A DNA stretch of 64,000 nucleotides, from assembly GCF_006345805.1 (NCBI RefSeq), contig NC_043008.1, forward strand, positions 1,550,001 through 1,614,000, given 5' to 3'. Below, in pieces: positions 53,569 to 64,000 of this stretch. The notes beneath the pieces were generated by a model. The model did no database searches. It had not been told where the DNA came from and worked only from the letters and a program-made list of their open reading frames with translations. The number at the start of each line of letters is the position of its first letter. Position 1 is the first letter of the stretch. This stretch comes from Octopus sinensis (Eukaryota). A program made the position numbers and the translations under genes.

Positions 53569-55024
53569 TATTAACAGCGATTTGAGGAACATCGTTATTG
53601 TGAACAGCTGTCAAGGAAAAATAGGGAAAGGATACTTGCTAGCATATACGTTTCTGCGCAGATGTGTATATCTATGTGTACGTGTGTGTGTGTGTGTGTG
53701 TGTGTATTTTGTAACATTTGTTGATTGTAATCTTCTGTAGTTAAAGATGTGAAACTCTGAACGTGAGTGTGAATATACGTGTGCATTTTTGTGTCACTAA
53801 ACCTACCAAGGAAGGGGTGTAGCATGATAAGTAGAAACGAAATCGCTTCCTTTGTTAATAGTGTTGTATTTAGTTTGTACCTGAACGTGATTCCTGTGCA
53901 TATTGCTGTGAGCGTGTAACTGTGCAAAGTCAGCAAGAATTTAAAAGCTAATCCTAGAGGACAAAGTTTAAATGGTAATAGATAAAAATAATAGTAAAAG
54001 GGTATATGTCGAAGGTAAATTGATCAAGTGTAGGGAAATAGTACTAGATGACCGTTGGAACGATGGAAATGGTCAACAGGAGAAAAGACAATCTGGAAAA
54101 TGATTCTCTATGAATGGATATCTAAAGCAATGACACGAAAAAGCATGAATATATACGTATCATCTGGTGGGGTATATATGATGATAGAGTCGACAGTAGT
54201 TTGAAAATTTATTCACATAAGCAAAAGGAAGAGAAGAACGTTATAATTAAAATTTATAAAGAAAAAATATCTCGCAAAATAATAATTTTGTGTATATAGC
54301 AGGGTCTGTATGGTACGCGTGCTGGTGTGTAGGTTCGTTCTTTAAAGCGACAAAAATCGAAGCGTAGGGAGAAGATTTAAGTGTATTTCAAGAAGCGAAA
54401 ATGATTAGGGAATATTCGAGTAAGTTCATAACTGGTATGGATAAATCTGTGCGAAGCTAGAGCATCGTTAGCGTCTGCTGAGGCACAGTTGGGTTCAGAA
54501 TGCAGCGTATATACGGTGTGAGTGAGGCATAGTTTAGTGTGAGAAAAACGGAACGTAATTGAGAATAAGGGCGCGGCACAAGTGTGAAATTATAAAGGAG
54601 TGGAGAAAGTGATGGAGCGAATATACAGGACAGGTAAATGTTCGGTAGAATGTTAAGGAAAGTGTAAAAGTCGTCGAACTGAAGTGATTGATGCCAGTTC
54701 GAGTTTAAATAGGTGTTGAGTACAATACTTGATCGACGTCTGTTAAAAACGAGTTCATGTATAAAGATATGTGCGTGTGCGTCTGTGATCATGTGGGTAT
54801 TTGAGGCGAATACGCTTGTCTGATGTGTGCATCCGTATGCATCCATGCATATATAAGTGTGTACGTCGATGAATCATTGGAATATATGGTAAGACACATC
54901 ACATGGCATTCCCAAATAGGAAGATCTTTCCTTTTAATGGTGACTAACTATGAATAAGTGTGAAACCCTTGAAAAATACAGTAAACTGATAGCTTTCACG
55001 AAATGTTGCTTTTGCATGATTAAA

Positions 55025-55062
55025 TACACACACACATATGTATATGTATGTATGTATATATA

Positions 55063-55122
<60 letters not shown>

Positions 55123-55641
55123 CGCTAACATATACGTATATATATATATAGATACATATATAGATAGTTAGATACATAAATATATATATATCATATATAA
55201 TGCATATGTAGATATATAATATATATGTGTATACATGCGCGTGTGTGTATTTTCGGCGTCTGTGTGTGTTTGTGTACGTGTGTATATTTGTATTTTTCTG
55301 TGTAAATTTGTGTGTGTGTGTGTGTGTGTGTATGTGTGTGTGTGTGTGTGTGTGGTGTGTGTGTGTGTGTACATTATAAAGCTTTCGAGCTACGCATGTG
55401 TTTAAAGAACAAACCATCAATAAACCTGTAGCAGAATTTAATTACATTTAGTCCTATAAATAATATTGATGTGACTATGAAAGATTAATGACTTCCAACT
55501 CTGTGCTAAAGAAGATGGTCATCGATTTTTGAGAATATTCTCTCTATTGAGCATTTATTAATTCCCATCGGACTTTAGCGCTGAATATTTATATTAACTT
55601 TTAGCAAAATCCGACAAGGATGCGCTTATAGACACACACAC

Positions 55642-55701
<60 letters not shown>

Positions 55702-55768
55702 GAGGGGTGGGATGTGTGTGCGAACGTGTGTACACTTGTACTGACGTATATATCCTTTATAAACATGC

Positions 55769-55843
<75 letters not shown>

Positions 55844-56000
55844 TATACACACACTCCTATAAGTACACACATATATATATATATAAATATATATATATGT
55901 GTGTGTGTATACATCCCCTCCCACACACAGGTTCTCACTCACTCATGTGTATGTATATACATATGCTTGTTTGTATAAGTATATATATATATATATATGT
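55025..56000. repeat. Compound (TA)/(TG)/(CA) microsatellite fields
   Basis: Direct reading; explains the low-complexity ORFs at 54944-56094. Confidence 0.93.
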
Positions 56001-56689
56001 CAGTGTTTATATGAATAAATATTTTAATTATAATTTTTTTCCCACAAGAACCTTAGTGAACACTGCCACAAATGCAAACTGCAAATCTATATAGACGATG
56101 AAACCTATACGCTTTACTTTCTTCCACTAAAATCTCTAATTCAATATTCAGAGAACTTGATAGGATGAGCAATGTTCACAGCTGTGTTACTATTGCGTTC
56201 TCATCCATATTGTGACTGTAGCCATTGCTATTTCGATGCATGTGCATATAAATATGTGTCAGTGTGTGTTTATGTGTGCCTACATATATGTGTGGCTGGG
56301 TGCTTGTGTGTGTGTGTATGTGTTTCCACTTGTCTATATGTGCGTGCACGTATCTGTGCGTGTGTGTGAGAGAGAGTGTGAGTGTATGTCTTTGTGTGTG
56401 TGTAAAACGCATAACTAGCCACCATCTCCTAAATACATTCTTAGTTTTGCAAGTCTGTGGTCAGATTGCCTGAAAGTTAAAACAAGTTATATTTAACTCT
56501 TAATTCCTTACACCGTTTCCTTTAATCATCTGGATTTATAACAGTAATTTTACATGGAAATTCTTATTTTTTTATAAATATTGTAAATCCATATGTGTCT
56601 TCTCTGTTTTCTTTTCTGCTTTGATATTCAACTTCCCCGAATTTTTCTCTACTTATGCTTTTTGTGCATCTATTTTTTCATCCTTTTAA

Positions 56690-57160
56690 CTGTTTTAGAC
56701 ATTTGGAGTGCGACCATGCTAGATCACTGAATTGAAAATTCTTTTGGCGAACAAATAAAACCCCCGCTCCTAAGGAGTTTTGGTTGTGCCTAGAACTTAT
56801 TCTATCAGCCCATTTTCCCCAGACTGCTAAATTACAGGGACCTAAACTGGCCAAAACCAGTTGTCAAGTGGTGACGGTAGCCAAAAGCGGACACGAAGGC
56901 AAGCACACATATATCTATACATACATACACACACGCACACGCGTATACATATATATATATATATATAACAGTTATATATACATAATACATACATACACAC
57001 ACACATATATATATACCAGAAGCTTATTTTGTTTCTGTTAACAAAATTCTTTGAGAAACCTTCAGTAGAAGACACTTGCCCAAGCTGCTACGCAGTGAGA
57101 CTGAACCCGTAACCATATGCTTGGGAAGCAAGATTCTTATCACACACCACGCCTGTGCCT
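56690..57160 (-). mobile_element. SINE type 3, diverged copy
   Basis: gtagaagacacttgcccaag...gactgaacc...cacaccacgcctgtgcct head; internal microsatellite; degenerate tail gcgaccatgct. Confidence 0.75.
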
Positions 57161-58318
57161 ATTTAGTTGATAAATGTTCTGCAAAACAATGAAGGAGTCT
57201 AGTGATGATGCTGACAACATCGAAGTTAGCAGTATTTCAGTAGTAATCGAAAGAGGGCGGCTGATTAGGCGAATAGTGCAGCCTCTGATACAAAACTGGC
57301 TGATCAATCCTAAAATTCCGCGATCCAATTCGCATAGGCATACTCATTCACATGTAAGAATGCGGTTAACTAAATGAAATGTTTTGATATGAGATTGGCT
57401 GTAATGGTAGCAGTATATCAGAAGACAGATGGCAAAATTAGTAATGTAATTGTAAAGAAAGCTGAAGAACAACATTGCAAATTGTTACAAATTTGTAAAC
57501 AAATATGTTCACAAATTAATGACGTAAGCGAATGCGCCTGGGAACATGTACTCTTTAATCAGAAGCCATATGTTATACATATCTATTTAATCAGAACTAT
57601 AGCTGTTTGTTCAAAACTTTTGTTACACAAAGGAAAGTACAATGATAAGAACAATACGAATAAATTACATATATTTTTCATAGACGGCTTCCAACATTAT
57701 TGATTCAATAAGTCAAAAGTATTTACATAGCAACACTGTTTCAACTACAAATTACACATCAGGATTGTAAATGAAACAAAGATTACAGCATTCTCACTTT
57801 ATGCCAATCATATCAAAGTTTACATAAACGTCACACGCATGTATACAAGTTTATGTCCGCGTTTCATAAAAAGAGCTGAACAATTTGTGTGTTACGGAAT
57901 TACAACATTGTTTGAAGCTCAAATCTGTATGAAAAGGCGTAACTGTAATGATACAAGAAAGAAAACCAAAGTGAAAATATAACAGCCAACTGTTATGTTT
58001 CATACCTGATGTCAAAGTCAATCAATCAGCAAATGCTCACACATTCAAAATTATGCTTCTCATAATGTGAGATGTATGGAAAGGCAGCTGACTCGTCTCT
58101 CTATTGCAGCTTGCACGATGGGGCTACAAAATGTATGATACTTGCCCTGGACTGTTCAATTGAAACAAAGGGACATAAAACTTCGGTGTCCTGACAGATG
58201 ATGAGTGGCCGTTCTCGCTATACATTCAAACTGCAAGACAATGACAGATTGAAAAAGATATTGGAAGGTAGAAGTCGACGGTTGATGGGTAATAAAACTT
58301 GCACAATTTTATATGTGC

Positions 58319-58730
<412 letters not shown>

Positions 58731-58785
58731 GGGAGTGGAAAAGATAAAATCCAGGCTACTTATGTCAGCTAGTTAAATACATAAT

Positions 58786-58849
58786 GTAGAAGACACATGC
58801 GCAAGGTGCCACGTAGTGGGACCGAACCCGGACACATGTGGTTGGTAAT
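58786..58849 (-). mobile_element. SINE type 3 head fragment
   Basis: gtagaagacac...caaggtgccacgtagtgggaccgaacccgg...catgtggttggtaa. Confidence 0.75.
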
Positions 58850-59087
58850 CGTAAAATTTTGTTGGTGAACCTGGATTAAATTCGCTCCTCTTTCTCTTTT
58901 TTCCATTTTCTTTTTCCTTTTCGCCTCTTTGTCTGTCTCCATTTAATTTGACAGTTGATGAGTAGGACTGCGAGGACAATAGCCTTCTAACGGGCATTGT
59001 CTATATCTTGAATCGCTCATTCGATCGAGTAAACTAAACCATGATCGCATCCAAGATGCAAATCAGATGTAGCCCTAAGAATATGAT

Positions 59088-59214
59088 GCACATAGTTCCG
59101 CATTCAGTCCCACTACATTGCACCTTAGGGAAGTGTCTTCTATTATAGCCACGCACCGACCTGAGCTTGTGAGTGGATTTGGTAGGCGGAAAATGGAAGA
59201 AGCCCGTCGTATAT
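59088..59214 (+). mobile_element. SINE type 3 head fragment interrupted by a mariner
   Basis: ttcagtcccact...gtgtcttcta...gtgagtggatttggtag.cggaaa..gaagaagcccgtcgtata. Confidence 0.8.
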
Positions 59215-59215
59215 A

Positions 59216-59830
59216 CGGGGGGAAAAAAACATTTATAGTTCACGCTTCCGCCACTAGAAGCCACTTGATGCATCTCTGTCATCGATCAGCCGACCGGTGA
59301 CGCCCACTAGTGCCGGACTGCAACGTGGTGCATCTTTGTTTTGCAATGGCTGAAACGAGAGAACAGCCTGCTTCCGTAAAATTCTGTTTTCTGTTTGGGA
59401 AAACGGCAGCCAAAACAGTTGTGCTTCGAAACACATTGCAAGAATGCTGTTATGAGCAAAACACAAGGTAATGATTGATTGGTTTTCACGCTGTAGGAAT
59501 GGTCCCTCGCCGTTTGAAGACCAGTGTCGTTCAGGACTACCGTCGACGCCCCGACTGAATGAAAACATGAAAATTCATAAACCGATCTTGGCGGACGGTC
59601 ATCGAACAATTGCCGAATTGTTGATATGACTGGTATATTCTGGAGCTGCTGCTAACGAATATTGAGCGAGGAATAGCGAATGAAAGGTGTTGCAAAAAAA
59701 AGAAGCTGTGAGCCCTTTGTTCACGAAGGACCAAATGCACTCACGACTGAATGAGTGTCGTGAACTGAAACAGTTGGAAGCTGGTGACGACCTGTTCTCG
59801 AAGGTCCACTGTGACGAAAGTTGGCGCTAC
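59216..59830 (+). mobile_element. Mariner transposon 5' half (decayed HTH to first catalytic D)
   Basis: Starts after a TA. Broken translation from ATG 59346: MAETREQPASVKFCFLFGKTAAKTVV...DWFSR...RSG...RTI...FSKV..DESWRY; truncated afterwards. Confidence 0.82.
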
Positions 59831-60393
59831 ACAATTTGAAGATGTGGAAGAGGTAAGAAAATTATACTGCAAAATTACGGATTCCTTTGGGTAACCCCTA
59901 ACTGTTTCGGATGGAAAGAGGTTCCTCTTTCACAGGGACGTATTTCACCCAAGTGTTCACCAGTTTATCTCCATATCGATTACGCTTTCTGGAATTTATT
60001 AATTCGCGTTCGTATTAATGTATCTTGATGGGCCTTCTCTGACATCAGTGCTTAACACTTGTGAATTTCAAGTCGTTGCGTTTTCATCAATCCTACATAG
60101 GAAAACAGAATATTAATAATATATTATAGGGAAAATGGAGAGTGTGGGCACAGAAAAATCAATTTATATAATATTCAATGTCATGACGCGTACGTACGTT
60201 TCAATTCCTTACCTTCATTCATGGATACCATTTAAAATTGCATTATGAATTTAAATGGTAAAAGTCTCTTCGGGCAAAGAATTATATATTCAATTACTTC
60301 CAAATGGAAGGAGGGTTCTTTACAGACCGAATGGCACCATACGTATGTGTGGAAGTGAAACTACCTTCTCTGTGTGAGCTTCTCAATTTTCTT

Positions 60394-60457
<64 letters not shown>

Positions 60458-60562
60458 CGCGTGTGTGTGTTTCTGTGTCTGTTAGTATGTGTGCTTGTGT
60501 GTTGTGTGTGTGTGTGTGTGTGTGTGTGCTTAACTGTGCCTGTCTTCCCATTAATCCTTGAC

Positions 60563-60712
60563 AAATGTTGGTGCGTTTATGTTACCATGGCCTAGCGGTT
60601 CGGCAAAAGAAACGATTTAATAAGTACTACTTTTAATAAATAAGACTTTGAGTTGATTTATCCAATTGAAACAGTTCAAGGTGTTGATCGAAAAATGGCT
60701 GCTGTCAAATGA
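60563..60712 (+). mobile_element. SINE type 3 tail fragment (diverged)
   Basis: ctagcggttcggcaaaag...aataagtact...gtcaaatgac..aagcaattaaaa resembles the reverse complement of 22551-22690. Confidence 0.6.
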
Positions 60713-60745
60713 CGTAAGCAATTAAAATAATGAAAGAGTAAAATG

Positions 60746-60831
<86 letters not shown>

Positions 60832-63800
60832 TTATATATATATCTGTGTGTGTGTAGTCGATTCAACGAAGAAACAATTGAAGAAATAAATAAAAAGACG
60901 ATGAAAGAAAAATAAACCAATAGATGAAAAAGACAAAGAAACGAATCCGTGTACGATCACAATAATTATATCAGTTTGACATTCGGTAAAATGGGAGAGA
61001 TTTCTTTAAACGTTTGTCAGAAAAAAAAGGGAGAGAAAAGTCTAGAGAAGAAAGATAAACGAAAATCGCCAACCGTTCACGTTTGGCTACACACACACAC
61101 TTTGAAATGCTAAAACGCCATCTGAATAGCTTTCTTTTGAAACGCATGCTGATGGCGAATCATGTTACCAATCCATTCAACAATGCTATTAACGTGTTAG
61201 TTGGATACTTATTAAATATGTACAAAAGTTTAGCTTACTTCGACTGCATTGAAGTCAGGGAAAATTAACATTTATCGCTGTCTCTTAATAGAAAATTGCC
61301 GCTATTAATTTGTATAAATATTTCTGCCTGTATTGTTCTCTCTAACACTCTCTCTCTTTCTCTCTCTCTCTCTCAGTCTCTATCGTCTTCTATATATCTG
61401 CGTCGGCTTGGAGCCTTTTTTATGGATGGCAATTGTCTGTTTTCGCTTTAACCAATCATTAATGTGGAGCAATACGAATTATACGCACACACAGAGAATC
61501 GTTTGTAGCGGGATGCTATGAAATGTGATGAAACAAATGTTACAAATGGTATCACTAGTTCAAACGCTACGTCGATGGAATCACTCACATATATTCAATA
61601 AAAAATCACATTGACATCTGGATATTAATGTCACCAAACCAATGTATTGGACGTATTCTCATATTTGTGATTATACATATTTTATACATACATACAAGCA
61701 TGCATACGTGAGCGCGTTCACACACGCACATACATATATGCAATTATATAAGAAACTAGTATAAATGGGCATTTTGTGTGTGCGTGTGTGTGTGCATTAT
61801 TACAGGGGAAAACAGGCATCCCATTTTTGTGAGACGTATATTGACTTCAATAATGGATGTATTCAGATATTGTTAGTAACGAATTCTTTTGCAGAACAAA
61901 AGCATACCACGTTTGAGCAAACTTCTGCTCTGTCAAGACTCACCTAGTCCCAATTAACTACCAACGCTCGCTTTGTATACACATATTATAGAAGCATACA
62001 GGCAACGTTTGTGTTGAAATATTTCATAAAATCATACGGATGGGTTGCAAGTGATATGAATACAGGTTGCTTTATTATATATATTTTAATATTCTGTGTC
62101 AGATGGATCGACTCTATGTTTCATGTATTACAAAAATTGTATGTGTCATGTCGACATTTATCTTACATAAAGCTCTTTTATATTTATAATGTCTAAACAT
62201 TATATGATTAAAATATGGCAGACAAAATAAATTAAAAAGCAAACGTGTCATCGAGCATCAATATATTCATGTACATTTGTATATAATGAACTTCTAAAAT
62301 TATGCATCTCTTTGCTTTTTTCGCGTGTAATGTTTACTAAATATGTACATGTTGCATGAGAAGTAATATTTTTTAATAACATTGCATGTAGACAGGTAAT
62401 ATTAAGTGATATCAGTCTTTTAATCCATTACTGGCAGCTGCCGTTGATGAAAGTAATTAATTCAAGACTATTGAAATCCAAATAGTTGTCAATAAATAGC
62501 GAGGTACCTTGCTATCTATAGGATTTGATACTGTTTTGTCGGAAGTGCATAAATATTTACCTTCCTTATTTTTGGGAAGTCAATGCAATTCCTCCAATAA
62601 TTGTATATTTGGATGTTTTAGTGAGATAAATTGCATGTTTTCCATTTTATAAACCACACAGAAACCAATGTTTCATAGGTTAACATACGACTCCATAGAC
62701 TTGAAGATTCTCCATTTCAACAAGCAAACAACTAACAGCAAAATTCTACGAAATATACACATTCGAATTCTTTCTACTCCAAATCAATGCTTTTTAACAA
62801 TTCTATTTAACCAAACCTTTTATGTGTCTGTTATAAAATTCCAACTGATTGTAATTAAAAATATTTATAAAGGAAATATTACACACATTAACTCATTAAA
62901 AAGTATACAAAGTACGAACAACAAAATTTGTTGTTATATATGAGTGTGTGTGTGCGTGCGTGTACGTGTTCGTGTGTGTGTTGATGTATGTATAAAACAG
63001 TATTATTCACTAAGAATTGCTCTTCGTCATTTTTAATTTGGTTACCAAAGTTTGTTTGAAAGGTTACTTCGCTTTCTATAAAGGTTCAAACTAGATCAAT
63101 AGGCAGTGGATCATATTTTTGGAAATACGTAAACGCAGTGCTATTGGATGTTTAGATCGTTTGTCTTTTATATACATATCGCTTAGAGCTTAACAAGCAA
63201 AAACATGGCAAAATCCTTTATTCTGCAGCTGATTACAAACGGATTTTACATATTCCTCAGAACAGAAAAAGAAAATGAGAAATCTGCAGCATGTTTGGGA
63301 GACGAAGAAACCTGTTTTTATTCTTACGTGCGGCACTAAAAGTATAAAAATCGCATGAACAAGTCAAAATAACATTCGCATTCATTCTACAACTGGTTGA
63401 TTTAATTCCTGATCTGTATGTACTCTTCATGCATTTCGGCTTTGGATACCAAGTTCCAAACTTTGTCAAATATATTGAATTCTCTCAAAGTCTCCACCAC
63501 ACTTGGCCAATCCTCTTTTTCACGTTCTTACGACGTCCTGTGTTTTATGTTCATAATAACCTTGTACTTATTCGTCTTCAAGATGTTTTCAGCCGCTCTT
63601 TGTCAATATTTTAACGAATATTACGAAAGGCATTATTCTCCATTGCTCTGTGTCTGAACCCTTCCTTCATTGGCTGCCCAACTACTTCATTCCACTCGTA
63701 ATATTATACAACAGCTTGACAAACACATTAGTATTTATGGGATTTTAGTTAGCCGCATAGGTAGTTGTGTCGTCAAGTTACCGATTTCTGTACAGCTAGT

Positions 63801-64000
63801 AACCGTTTGTCGCATTAGAAAAGGATATTGTCTCTGTATAAAACATTTTAGCCCAAGGTGTTCTTGCTGTTTCGTGTTTTTTCCTTCCAAAACATTGTGT
63901 AGATAAAACTTGGATAATTGAAGTTGTAAGTATTTGAAGTTATATTTCTTTTTCTCCCTGTCTCAAGTATTTGAAATTCTCTTTGTTGGCCATTTCTTTG

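Noticed and set aside
54457-54846. 129-aa minus-strand ORF
   Set aside because: Reflects a purine/pyrimidine strand bias; no recognisable domain.
60130-60280. Minus-strand CCGAAGA ... GAAACGUACGUAC with an 11-bp hairpin as an HHR
   Set aside because: Core U4 is mutated, stem II does not close and no stem I pairing was found. It may be an old PLE relic but is not supportable as a ribozyme.

Overview
This is a very AT-rich, microsatellite-dense eukaryotic non-coding window, probably a large intron or intergenic region. The SINE families look like those of an octopus-type coleoid cephalopod genome, which is my recognition and not a database result. I found no intact host protein-coding gene; most ORF-track entries are translations of (TA)n/(CA)n/(TATG)n repeats or of SINEs. 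Decayed transposons are clear: one full-length and two partial mariner elements, a Tc1-like element with long TIRs, three non-autonomous Helitrons (two fused head-to-tail), about 25 tRNA-derived SINE copies from several modular families, and a 5'-truncated Penelope-like element (PLE) with a GIY-YIG C-terminal remnant. The main result is a set of at least four unrelated short repeat families (A, B, C, E; D is degenerate) carrying minimal type I hammerhead ribozyme (HHR) folds: CUGANGA core, stem II, GAAA, palindromic stem III, NUH site and closing stem I. They share one architecture: terminally redundant or tandem units, a partial inverted copy always on the 5' side of the HHR-sense strand, and usually (TA)n flanks. 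Minimal HHRs in PLEs and retrozymes are established. The potentially new points here are a tRNA/Pol III-headed HHR element (family A), a 355-bp non-coding unit whose HHR core reads UCGACGA instead of CUGACGA (family E), and covarying stems among family B copies. All folds and alignments were done by eye; catalytic activity, expression and novelty are untested.
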